From Nitrosopumilus sp. (lineage in GTDB: Archaea; Thermoproteota; Nitrososphaeria; Nitrososphaerales; Nitrosopumilaceae), in the NCBI GenBank assembly GCA_963662625.1, contig OY759726.1, forward strand, positions 320,001-384,000: 64,000 nt of DNA, in the 5' to 3' direction. Position 1 is the stretch's first letter, and each line of letters opens with the position of its first letter. The position numbers were made by a program, and so were the translations under genes. The notes under the pieces are model-generated. The model made no database searches. It was given only the letters and a program-made list of their open reading frames with translations, and was not told the DNA's origin. Of the stretch, positions 1-8,893 are shown piece after piece.

Positions 1-532
1 CCAGGTTTGACTTTCCGCGTCCCGTGGTGGCCGGTATCAGGACGTGGTGCGAGAACACGTCCTGGGCGGGGAGCCATACCTCGGCCTCCTTGATCACCTT
101 GCTTCCGCTGCGGATGTGCCCGACGAACACCTGGTCGTCTTCCCGCCGCAGGAACCCCAGGTCGTCGCGGGACACCAGCCTGAGCTTGTTGAAGAACGGC
201 GGGAGGGACTTGGGGATGGCCACGCTCCTCCCGTCCCCGTGTATCCTGGCAAGCGGCTTGATCCGCGCCAGGACGTAGTTTACAAAGTCCGGCTCGTAAA
301 AGCCGGCGTCGGCAGCCCCGTGCTCCAGGTTGACCCCGGACATCATCTGCTGCATCCTGTCCTGGATCTGGGACCCGTATTCCAGCGCGAACACCTGCAG
401 GATCAGGTACGATCCGTCCTCCTCGGAGATCATCAGGTCGCCGATCTCCAGGTCCGTGCCGGACTTTTGGCGGATTATGATGTCGCCGAACTTCCCGCCG
501 ACCACCTGCCCCGCGACCAAGACCTCGTCCAT
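1..532 (-). CDS. herA: HerA bipolar helicase/ATPase, N-terminal part (runs off the window edge)
   Basis: Manual translation from ATG at 532, which overlaps the nurA stop (TGATG): MDEVLVAGQVVGGKFGDIIIRQKSGTDLEIGDLMISEEDGSYLILQV..., HAS-barrel-like; directly downstream of nurA. Not in the ORF track. Confidence 0.8.
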   Translation of the reverse strand, partial: MDEVLVAGQVVGGKFGDIIIRQKSGTDLEIGDLMISEEDGSYLILQVFALEYGSQIQDRMQQMMSGVNLEHGAADAGFYEPDFVNYVLARIKPLARIHGDGRSVAIPKSLPPFFNKLRLVSRDDLGFLRREDDQVFVGHIRSGSKVIKEAEVWLPAQDVFSHHVLIPATTGRGKSNL

Positions 533-1629
533 CAGCTGGTGACCTCGTTGAGGACATCGTGCGCCCCCAGGCCCGCGCCGTACTCCCGGAACTTCTTCCC
601 CTCCGGCCTTTTGAGCATCTCGGTCCGGACGAGCCCCCGGTACATGCCCCTCTCGTGCGCGCGCACCTGGGCGAACCTGTCGGCGTCTATCGCGCCGTAC
701 GGGTAGCCCAGCATGGCCACGTCCTGGGAGTTTGCCGCCATGCTGTACATGACCGAGTTCACGTCCCCCGGGCCCATCCCCTCGAACTGCTCCCGCAGTA
801 TCTCGAACCTGAAGACGTAGGGCGACTTTTCATGGAACCTTGCGGCAAGCATGAACCCGCGGGCGCCGGCGGACGCCTCCTCGGCCACCCTGACGTACCA
901 CGTCCCGAACGGGACGGCGTCGGCTATCTCGGAGATCCTCGCCAGCAGCGGCTCCCCGGACTCCGTGATGAGCCTGCTGGTCTTTGCCAGCCCGCACACT
1001 ATGACGCCCTTCCTCACCGCCGCGTCGTACAGCCCGTCCGAGTACTTCTTCTCGTTCGTGACGCCAGTCTGCAGCGAGCCGTCCATCACGATCATGTCCC
1101 CGGGCCCGAGCTCGTCTTCCACCACGTGCCGCGCCAGCAGCAGTTCGGCGAACCTCCGTTCCGGGGAGGCGTGCCTGGCCCCGTGCAGCGCGGGCGACCC
1201 CCCTGCCCGCGACGTCAGGTCCGACTCCGAGGGCAGGTGCCGCCTGTCCCAGTCGTTGTATGCAAAGAGGCGCGTATCGTGGCTCACCGTCTTCTTGCCC
1301 CCCTCCGTCCGCACGTTCGCGGTGACGAAGGCGAAGAACTGGATCCTGGGGCTTGACCTCGGCTTGATCCTGTCCCTGCCCCTGAACATTGAAAAATAGA
1401 CGCGGTTTACCGTGATCAGGGAGTCTGCCGACTCGTACAGCACGCCGTCCCCGCCGTCAACGAACGCGATCTTGCGCGGGGGCCCGGCCGGGGCTATCTC
1501 CGTGAACCCTGACGGCTTTATCTCGAACTGCCTTCCCCTGCCGCCGTTCAGGACGACGTCCGAGTGCCCCTTCTGCGACAGGCGGGATCCGATCTCTTCG
1601 ACCAGGTCCTTTACGGGGTCGGAATTCAT
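532..1629 (-). CDS. nurA: DNA double-strand break repair nuclease NurA
   Basis: AFVDGG and VMDGSL acidic motifs, GLAKTS, GYPYGAIDADRFA. Confidence 0.88.
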   Translation of the reverse strand: MNSDPVKDLVEEIGSRLSQKGHSDVVLNGGRGRQFEIKPSGFTEIAPAGPPRKIAFVDGGDGVLYESADSLITVNRVYFSMFRGRDRIKPRSSPRIQFFAFVTANVRTEGGKKTVSHDTRLFAYNDWDRRHLPSESDLTSRAGGSPALHGARHASPERRFAELLLARHVVEDELGPGDMIVMDGSLQTGVTNEKKYSDGLYDAAVRKGVIVCGLAKTSRLITESGEPLLARISEIADAVPFGTWYVRVAEEASAGARGFMLAARFHEKSPYVFRFEILREQFEGMGPGDVNSVMYSMAANSQDVAMLGYPYGAIDADRFAQVRAHERGMYRGLVRTEMLKRPEGKKFREYGAGLGAHDVLNEVTS

Positions 1630-2104
1630 GAAACGTCGTCACCGCCGCCTCGTATGATGTTTTCCCGGCGCGACAGTATGACCGTTGGTCACCATGTTTT
1701 CAACCGGTTTCATGGGCTAATTATATGGTTGTGCGCCAGTTCGGCGAAATGCGCGCCAAACGGCCAACCGCCACAATTCCAAACGGATCGACCGGGGATG
1801 GGCCCCCGCAGGACTTGAATTGGATCTAAGCAAGACCCGCCAGGGCAGCTACATGGTGAACGGCCCCCGCCAACGCCAAGGCGCCGTCTCCTGCGCGTGC
1901 GTGTCCCTGGCCCCCCGTGCGGCCCGCGGCGCGCAACTCCCCGTCCATGCCGCGTCATTGATGCCCTCGAGGGGCCCTGGCCGCCTGCCCGTCAGCGGCA
2001 GCCGGGCCGGACGCGTGCGCCATGGCGCGGGGGCCGGAGGGGCGCCGGATCGCGCCCCGCCGCCCGCCTTGATCAGGATTAATTACCCGATCCTCCCCAG
2101 TGGT

Positions 2105-2929
2105 ATGGTGGTGAAGAAGGTTGGCCTGCTGGGGTGCGGCGTGATCGGCACCCGCGTGGCCGCGGCGATCGACTCTGGGAAGATACCTGCAAAACTGACC
2201 CATGTCTACGACCGCTCCAGGGAGGCCTCCGAAAAACTGCTATCGGTCCTGGCCGACAAGCCGAGTATAGTCGAGAACTACCACCTGCTGTCCTCCAACC
2301 CCGTGGACATCGTGGTGGAGGCGGCCTCCCAGGAGGCGGTGAAGGACGCCGCCCTCAGCGTCCTGCAGAACAGGCGCGATCTGATGGTGATGAGCGTCGG
2401 GGCGCTGCTTGACGAGGCGGTGTTCGACGTCCTGTCCGACGCGTGCAGGGACTTTAGGAGGACCATCTACCTCCCGTCCGGCGCGATCGCTGGGCTCGAC
2501 GCGATAAAGTCGGTCCGGGGCGAGCTGGATTCGCTGTCCATCACAACCACAAAGCACCCGGACTCCCTCAGGGGGGCGAGGTTCTTCGAGGAGTCGGGGG
2601 TCGACTTGGACTCCGTCCTCGACCCTACCGTGATCTTCGAGGGGACCGCGGGGGAGGCGGTCCGGCTGTTTCCGGCCAACGTCAACGTCGCCGCGCTTTT
2701 TTCCCTCGCGGGTCTGGGCAGCCGGGAGACTGCCGTGAGGATCGTCGCAGACCCGGGCACCCGCAGGAACACGCACCGCGTCGAGGCCGCGGGCGGGTTC
2801 GGAAGCCTGGAATTCACCGTCGAGAACGTCCCCGACGCCGACAACCCCAGGACCAGCAGGCTGGCTGCCCTTTCCGCAGTGGAGACGCTGAGGCAGTACT
2901 GCTCCGACGAGATCCGGATTGGGACCTAA
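2105..2929 (+). CDS. nadX: L-aspartate dehydrogenase
   Basis: Rossmann GCGVIG, VEAAS, PSGAIAGLD, FPANVNVAA, NPRTS; upstream of nadA. Start reset from 1820 to ATG 2105. Confidence 0.92.
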   Translation: MVVKKVGLLGCGVIGTRVAAAIDSGKIPAKLTHVYDRSREASEKLLSVLADKPSIVENYHLLSSNPVDIVVEAASQEAVKDAALSVLQNRRDLMVMSVGALLDEAVFDVLSDACRDFRRTIYLPSGAIAGLDAIKSVRGELDSLSITTTKHPDSLRGARFFEESGVDLDSVLDPTVIFEGTAGEAVRLFPANVNVAALFSLAGLGSRETAVRIVADPGTRRNTHRVEAAGGFGSLEFTVENVPDADNPRTSRLAALSAVETLRQYCSDEIRIGT

Positions 2930-3021
2930 CGTGGCAATAATTGCCGCGTTTGGTGGATTTTGAGAAATTCTAGGCACCTTCCCACTCTTTAAATCTTCGA
3001 ACCCTGCAATTTTTGTGGTTC

Positions 3022-3978
3022 ATGTTAGTACAGCAGGCATCCAGGCTCAAGGAGGAGATCCGGGGCCTCAAAAAGGAGAGGGACGCGGTCATCCTCGCGC
3101 ACAACTACCAGGTTCCCGAGGTGCAGGACGTGGCAGACTTTACGGGCGACTCGCTGGGGCTCTCGAGGCAGGCCGCCAAGGTGGATCAAAAGACGATCCT
3201 GTTCTGCGGCGTCCACTTTATGGCGGAGACCGCGGCGATCATCAGCCCGGAAAAAAAGGTCCTGATCCCAGACGCCGACGCCGGGTGCTCGCTGTCAGAC
3301 TCGATCACGGTAGGCGAGCTGCGCGAGTGGAAGAAGCGGCATCCCGGGGCAGCCGCGGTGGGGTATGTCAACACCACCGCGGCCGTAAAGTCCGAGCTTG
3401 ACTACTGCTGCACGTCCTCAAACGCGGTGGGCGTCGTGAGGGCGATCCCAGAAGACAGGGAGGTGCTGTTCCTGCCCGACATGTTCCTGGGCTCCTACGT
3501 CGCCAGGGTCACCGGCAGGAAGAACATGCGCATCTGGGCAGGCGAGTGCCACGTCCACGCGGGGATCACGCCCGAGGACGTCACGGAGAAGCTCGACTCC
3601 ATGAGGGGCGCGGAGTTCGTGATCCACCCGGAGTGCAGCTGCACCACCCCCATGATGCACGACGCGGCCAGCGGGCGGTTCGGCGGCAGGAGGGTCTCGA
3701 TCCTCTCGACCGAGGGGATGCTGAACCACGTGGGAAGGTCCCGGGCAAAGAACTTCGTGGTGGCCACGGAGACGGGGATCCTGTACAGGATGCGGAAGCA
3801 GAACCCCGGCAAGACGTTCGTCCCCGCGTCCGAAAAGGCCGAATGCCAGTACATGAAGATGATAACGCTCGACAAGGTCCGCGACGCGCTCCTGCATGGC
3901 CGGCACCGGGTCACCGTGCCGAGGGAGACGGCAGACAGGGCGCGGCTGGCGATAGAGCGGATGCTCGCAATCAGCTAG
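3022..3978 (+). CDS. nadA: Quinolinate synthase
   Basis: ILAHNYQ, GDSL, FCGVHFMAET, HPEC, ECQYMK. Confidence 0.95.
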   Translation: MLVQQASRLKEEIRGLKKERDAVILAHNYQVPEVQDVADFTGDSLGLSRQAAKVDQKTILFCGVHFMAETAAIISPEKKVLIPDADAGCSLSDSITVGELREWKKRHPGAAAVGYVNTTAAVKSELDYCCTSSNAVGVVRAIPEDREVLFLPDMFLGSYVARVTGRKNMRIWAGECHVHAGITPEDVTEKLDSMRGAEFVIHPECSCTTPMMHDAASGRFGGRRVSILSTEGMLNHVGRSRAKNFVVATETGILYRMRKQNPGKTFVPASEKAECQYMKMITLDKVRDALLHGRHRVTVPRETADRARLAIERMLAIS

Positions 3979-3986
3979 GATGGGGC

Positions 3987-4385
3987 TTGGCCGGGTTCTT
4001 TGGCAGCCTCCGGGGGAGCCCCGGGGGGAGGCAAAACGCCAGGATGGCGAGGGAGCTGCGCGGCCTGGTCAGGTCAAAAAAATACCGCGAGGCGCTCAAG
4101 GTCGGGACAGCGTACCTGCAGAGGGTGCCCGAAAACCACGACGTGCAGTTCATAGTGGGCAGCATACACTACATGCAACACAGGTACAGGACGGCGATCT
4201 CCTTCTTTGACAGGGCCCTCGAGATCGGCTCCTACGACGTCGAAGTCCTGATCCTCAAGGCGCACTCGCACCATGCCCTGGGGGAGAACGGCCGCGCGGC
4301 CAAGTGCTGCGGCAGGATCAGGGAGGTCGACCCCGGGAACAGGGCCGCCTCGGAACTGCTGTCGAAGATCGGCGCCGGCGGCTAG
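3987..4385 (+). CDS. Tetratricopeptide repeat protein
   Basis: TPR-like helices (ALKVGTAYLQRVPEN, AISFFDRALEI, IREVDPGN); start uncertain (TTG 3987 or ATG 4043). Confidence 0.75.
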   Translation: MAGFFGSLRGSPGGRQNARMARELRGLVRSKKYREALKVGTAYLQRVPENHDVQFIVGSIHYMQHRYRTAISFFDRALEIGSYDVEVLILKAHSHHALGENGRAAKCCGRIREVDPGNRAASELLSKIGAGG

Positions 4386-5200
4386 ATCTCCAGGCTAACG
4401 TCGATCGCCCTGACCGACGACGTGATGCTCCCGACCGAGATGATGTCCACCCCTGCCCGGCCGAACTCCGCTATGTTCCCAGAGTCGATCCCGCCGGAGG
4501 CCTCGAGGGTCACCCCGTCCCGCAGCCCCATCCTGCTCAGGGTCCTCACCGTGCTCTTCACCTGCGCCGGCGTAAAGTTGTCAAGCATGACCACCGCCGC
4601 GCCCCCCCTTGCCGCAAGCACGGCGTCCGCGGCGTTTTCGACCTCCACCTCGAACCTCCTGCGCCTTTTCCTTGCCTTCCCGATCAGCGCCTCCAGCGAG
4701 CCCTCTGCCGCTATGTGGTTGTCCTTTATCAGAACCATCTCGTCCAGCCGCATCCTGTGCCTGTGGCCCCCGCCGATCTCCACGGCCGCCTTGTCAAAAT
4801 ACCGGAGGCCAGGCGCGGTCTTCCTCGTGGCGTACAGCTTTGCCCTCTTTCCGGGGATCTTTCCCGCGAGGAACCGCGTCTGGGTGGCTATGCCGCTCAT
4901 CCTGGCGAGCAGGTTGAGCGCCGTCCTCTCGCACGCAAGGACGTCCCCCGCGTTCCCCGACACGGCCATTATGGTCCCGCCCCGCCTTACCCTCGAGCCG
5001 TCCCCCGCGAGTATCCTGGCCCTGCACCCGCCGAGCTCGAACAACATCTTCGCAAACCTCGCCCCCGCGACGACTGCCGCCTCCCTCGAGACCACCCTTG
5101 CCCGGACGGGCTTTTCTGAAAGCAGGGCGCTCGTTACGTCGCCCCTCCCGACGTCCTCCGCCAGGAACCGCCTGAGTTGGCTCTTCACGTCAAAGGACAT
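4382..5200 (-). CDS. nadC: Nicotinate-nucleotide pyrophosphorylase (carboxylating)
   Basis: EDVGRGDVT, ATRKTAPG, LIKDNH, EVEV, MLDN, EASGG, ISVGSIT. Confidence 0.95.
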   Translation of the reverse strand: MSFDVKSQLRRFLAEDVGRGDVTSALLSEKPVRARVVSREAAVVAGARFAKMLFELGGCRARILAGDGSRVRRGGTIMAVSGNAGDVLACERTALNLLARMSGIATQTRFLAGKIPGKRAKLYATRKTAPGLRYFDKAAVEIGGGHRHRMRLDEMVLIKDNHIAAEGSLEALIGKARKRRRRFEVEVENAADAVLAARGGAAVVMLDNFTPAQVKSTVRTLSRMGLRDGVTLEASGGIDSGNIAEFGRAGVDIISVGSITSSVRAIDVSLEI

Positions 5201-5231
5201 GCCGCATGATCCTGCCTGTGGGCCCCCCGGT

Positions 5232-5420
5232 TCACGTGACCTTGATCGCGTACTTGCCCCTGGCCGTGATGCCCAGGGTCTTTGAGATCGCGGAGTTTGT
5301 CGGGTCTACCACCAGGACGATCCCGGTCCAGTCCGGCGTCAGGTCCGACGACTTGCAGATCTTGCAGACCTTGCCGGTAGTCACGAACTTGCATTTCCTG
5401 CAGGCCATCTCCCTTGCCAT
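5232..5420 (-). CDS. spt4: Transcription elongation factor Spt4 (RpoE'')
   Basis: MAREMACRKC...CKIC...WTGIV...GKYAIKV zinc ribbon, downstream of rpoE1. Confidence 0.92.
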   Translation of the reverse strand: MAREMACRKCKFVTTGKVCKICKSSDLTPDWTGIVLVVDPTNSAISKTLGITARGKYAIKVT

Positions 5421-5421
5421 G

Positions 5422-6012
5422 CTAGCCTTCCTCCCCCTTGCCTTCCTTTGCCGGGGCATCGCCGTTAGCCTTTTTGATCTCCTCCTCGATCCAGCCGTCG
5501 GCTCCGAGGAACGGCTGCCTGCACGTGATCCCGATCTTCCCCATGGTCGCGGCCTTGCCCAGGGACACCGCCGTGATCCTGGCGCGAAGCGTCGAGCCGA
5601 CCTTCAGCGTCCTACCGCTCTGGTTTGCCACGATCATTCCCGACTTTACGTCGCTTTTCAGGTAGTCGTCCATGACCTGCGAGAGGTGTAGCAGCGCGTC
5701 GGTGGGGCCGATCCTCACAAACGCGCCAAAGTCGGTGATGTCCACTATCTCGCCCTGGACGATCTCCTGGAGTTTCGGGTAAAACGTGAGTGCCTTGAAT
5801 TCCACCTTGTGGAACGTGCCGCTGTCCCCCGCGATCATCTTTCCCATCTCGTCCACCTTGGCATCGAGTATCATTATGATGTAGCCCAGCTCCGCGTTGA
5901 TCATGCTCTCGTATTTTTCCTTGAGGATGTTTATCGCCGCCTTCTTGAGCATCGTCCCAAACAAGCTCGGCGGTATCCTTACCACATCAACTAGGGTAAC
6001 TATAGAAAACAA
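5422..6012 (-). CDS. rpoE1: DNA-directed RNA polymerase subunit E' (Rpo7)
   Basis: DVVRIPP, S1 domain FGAFVRIGPTDALLHLSQ, CRQPFLG; TTG start at 6012 inferred. Confidence 0.93.
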   Translation of the reverse strand: MFSIVTLVDVVRIPPSLFGTMLKKAAINILKEKYESMINAELGYIIMILDAKVDEMGKMIAGDSGTFHKVEFKALTFYPKLQEIVQGEIVDITDFGAFVRIGPTDALLHLSQVMDDYLKSDVKSGMIVANQSGRTLKVGSTLRARITAVSLGKAATMGKIGITCRQPFLGADGWIEEEIKKANGDAPAKEGKGEEG

Positions 6013-6610
6013 CTGTGTAGCTTCCTTGGATTTGAATTTATGAATCTTTGGATCCCGCGGCGGCGCGGCGGGCCCTGTCCGGGACGCGCGGCGGCGTGCG
6101 CATCGGCCCCGGCCCGTGACCCCGACCAACATGGTTTGTAATTGTTAGCCGGCCGGCGCCGTCCCCGGCGCGGACGCCATCCGCCGCGCCGCCGCGCATG
6201 CGCCCGCCGCCACAACCCGTCAGCCCCGCGGCCCCGGCCCGGATCCACGTCCGCCGCGCGGCGGGCGGCGGCGCGAAGGGGTTGCGCGCGGCGCGCCGCC
6301 GGCCCGGGCGGCACGTTTTTCACGCCAGCCTTTTGCGCGGCGCCTTTTTTGATCAGGGCCACGTGCCGGGCCGCCGCTTGCAGGCCGCACGCCCGGCCGG
6401 CGGCCGGCAACGGACACCGGCATGCGCCGCGACCTGGCCCGGAGCCGCCTCGACCGTGCTGCCCCGGTGCCTGAAGCCGAACCGCGCAACCGGCCGGCAA
6501 GTACAAGTTCAGGTCCACCCCGGATTCGTGTCTGGCCGGAGAATGTCTGCACTGGTTTTGTGCCTGCCGTATGCTTGGACCTGAGTATGTACGCCGTCAA
6601 GCACGGTATT

Positions 6611-6618
6611 TTTAAATA
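6611..6618 (+). promoter_or_regulatory. TATA box, probable leaderless mrp transcript
   Basis: TTTAAATA about 24 nt before ATG 6642. Confidence 0.55.
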
Positions 6619-6641
6619 ATGCGTTCTGATCTTTTCAGCCT

Positions 6642-7769
6642 ATGGTGGGAGTGGATCAGGTACTGGAAAAGCTCAGCACCGTGATTGACCCCGACTTGAA
6701 GAAGGACATCGTCTCGATGGGGATGATAAAGGACCTCGAGTTGGATGACGGTAACCTGAAGTTTACGCTGGAACTGACCACGCCGGCATGCCCGTTCAAC
6801 GTCGAGATCGAGGACGACGTACGGAAGGCGATAGGCGAGATCCAGGATCTCAAGAACTTCGACATGAACGTCACCGCCAAGGTGATGGAGGGGCGGTCAC
6901 TTGACGAGGACACCGGCATGGCCACGGTCAAGAACGTGATAGGCGTCGCAAGCGGCAAGGGCGGAGTCGGAAAATCCACCGTATCTCTGAACCTCGCGCT
7001 GGCACTGTCGCAGGCAGGCGCCAAGGTAGGGCTGCTCGACGCGGACATATACGGCCCCAGCATCCCGCTGATGCTGGGACTGAAGGAAGGGTACATGGAG
7101 GTGGAGGAAAACAAGCTGCAGCCGGCCGACTCGAACGGGATGAAGGTGGTCTCGTTCGGCTTTTTCGCGGAGCAGGCCCACCAGGCCGCGATCTACAGGG
7201 GCCCCATAATATCCGGGATCCTGAAGCAGTTCCTGGTGGACACGAACTGGTCCGACCTGGACTACCTCATAGTGGACCTCCCGCCGGGCACGGGCGACAT
7301 CCCGCTGACGCTCGCGCAGACGATCCCCATAACTGGAATCCTCGTGGTGACGACGCCGCAGGACGTCGCAAGCAACGTGGCGGTAAAGGCAATCGGCATG
7401 TTCGAGAAGCTCAACGTGCCGATACTCGGGGTCGTTGAAAACATGAGCCACTTTGTGTGCCCCAACTGTACCGAAAAACACCATGTCTTCGGCACGGGCG
7501 GCGCCAAGAAGATAAGCGAGAAGTTCGACATGCCGTTTCTGGGCGAAATCCCGCTGGCCCCCGGAATAATGTCCGGCTCGGACTCGGGCAAGCCGATCAT
7601 GATCTCCAGCCCCGATTCCCCGAGCGCCCGGGCATTCCGCGACAGCGCCAAGAACATAGCCGCGCAGTGCAGCATCCTGGCCGCAAAACTGCAGGAAGAG
7701 CTAGAGTCCGGGAATGCGGGCGACGGGCAAGGGCCCGGGCAGGCAGGCGACGGGCAGGCAGGCAGCTAG
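6642..7769 (+). CDS. Mrp/NBP35 (ApbC) Fe-S cluster carrier ATPase with N-terminal DUF59/FeS_assembly_P domain
   Basis: DPDL..DIV..G and LTTPACP; SGKGGVGKS; DLPPGTGD; ENMS..CPNC. Confidence 0.92.
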   Translation: MVGVDQVLEKLSTVIDPDLKKDIVSMGMIKDLELDDGNLKFTLELTTPACPFNVEIEDDVRKAIGEIQDLKNFDMNVTAKVMEGRSLDEDTGMATVKNVIGVASGKGGVGKSTVSLNLALALSQAGAKVGLLDADIYGPSIPLMLGLKEGYMEVEENKLQPADSNGMKVVSFGFFAEQAHQAAIYRGPIISGILKQFLVDTNWSDLDYLIVDLPPGTGDIPLTLAQTIPITGILVVTTPQDVASNVAVKAIGMFEKLNVPILGVVENMSHFVCPNCTEKHHVFGTGGAKKISEKFDMPFLGEIPLAPGIMSGSDSGKPIMISSPDSPSARAFRDSAKNIAAQCSILAAKLQEELESGNAGDGQGPGQAGDGQAGS

Positions 7770-7780
7770 AGCCGATTCCA

Positions 7781-8278
7781 GTGACCCTTTCTGATTCCCT
7801 CAGGGAAGAACTGAAAACCCCGCTGGGCGAGCTGGTGCCGGAAGGCCGGGTCAGCAGGGATGCCATAGCGCGGCTGATCCCCGAAGGCGCGTACGTCGTT
7901 TCCGTGGGCGACAGGACGACCGAGAGGATGATCGAGTTTGGCCTCGACCCGCCCTTGCAAATAATCGACAACCAGGAGAAGCGCAAAAAACGCGACGCGC
8001 TCGGCGCCGGGGGGGCGACTTCCCTCCTAGAATGCAGGAATCCGGCGGGGGAGATCACCGAGCAGGGAGTCGGTGCGGTAAGGGAGGCCTTCTCGCTGGA
8101 GGCCCCGGTGAGGATCACGGTGGACGGCGAGGAGGATCTCCTCGTGATCCCGGCCTGCGTCTACGCGCCGCCCAACTCCGTAGTGCTGTACGGCCAGCCC
8201 GACGAGGGGCTGGTCGTGGTGCGGGTCACCGCAGAAATTAGAAATAAGACCCGGGCCATACTTGACTCAATGAGGTGA
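7781..8278 (+). CDS. GTP-dependent dephospho-CoA kinase (DUF359)
   Basis: LREELKTPLG, VGD, NPAGEIT, VDGEEDL, YGQPDEG; GTG start inferred. Confidence 0.85.
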   Translation: MTLSDSLREELKTPLGELVPEGRVSRDAIARLIPEGAYVVSVGDRTTERMIEFGLDPPLQIIDNQEKRKKRDALGAGGATSLLECRNPAGEITEQGVGAVREAFSLEAPVRITVDGEEDLLVIPACVYAPPNSVVLYGQPDEGLVVVRVTAEIRNKTRAILDSMR

Positions 8279-8279
8279 A

Positions 8280-8334
8280 GGGTATGATGAGACGGTGGCT
8301 GTATGATCCGTGATTACACTAAAACCTCTGACCC
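8280..8334 (+). ncRNA. Box C/D guide sRNA
   Basis: GGG(8280-82), box C ATGATGA(8284-90), 12-nt guide, D' ATGA(8303-06), C' GTGATTA(8310-16), 11-nt guide, box D CTGA(8328-31), CCC terminal stem; canonical archaeal size and spacing. Confidence 0.8.
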
Positions 8335-8479
8335 TGCTTCAAACCCTGCGGGGGCGCGGCGGCACCCCGGGGACGGCCTGGCACTCCGCGCGCGGGGAGC
8401 TGGCGGCAAACCAAAATGCACCAACTTTCGCACAACAATTGACAACCACAGATAAACGGCCGCCGCCTGATCCGTCCAT

Positions 8480-8842
8480 GTGAAGCTGGATCCCGACCTG
8501 CGGCTCGCGATCCTGGAGAAGGTCGGGATATACTCCTGCCGCTTTTCCATCCCAGAGCCGCACGTCCTGATGACCACCAGGGAGGTGCTTGGGATGCCGA
8601 AGGGGGTGACGGAAGGCAGAAGGACGTCCGCGTACAAGTACTACGGCGTGTCGTACCTCAACCACAACCTGGTGTTCATCAACGTCAGGAAGATCCCCGA
8701 CGAGAGGGCCCTGGAGAACACCATCGTCCACGAGCTGATCCACTTGCGGTTCCCGTACCTGTCCCACGGCAGGCGCTTCAACAGGCTTGTCAGGCAGGGG
8801 CTGCGGGGGAAGAAATTCCGGCCGTACAGAAAAAGGGGCTGA
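8480..8842 (+). CDS. Small HExxH zinc-metalloprotease-like protein (SprT/M48-like)
   Basis: TIVHELIHLRFPYLSHGRRF. Confidence 0.65.
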   Translation: MKLDPDLRLAILEKVGIYSCRFSIPEPHVLMTTREVLGMPKGVTEGRRTSAYKYYGVSYLNHNLVFINVRKIPDERALENTIVHELIHLRFPYLSHGRRFNRLVRQGLRGKKFRPYRKRG

Positions 8843-8893
8843 CGTTTTTCTCATTGATTTATATTTCCCAGCAAAAGGCATGCTGAGTGTAGT

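Noticed and set aside
1-1629. HerA plus nuclease as an anti-phage system
   Set aside because: The partner is canonical NurA, so this is the standard archaeal DSB resection pair.
1798-1822. tRNA 3'-end-like string on the minus strand (TTCAAGTCCTGCGGGGGCCCA) as a possible att site
   Set aside because: The 5' T-stem strand is absent, spacing is off by one, and there is no integrase or matching tRNA in the window.
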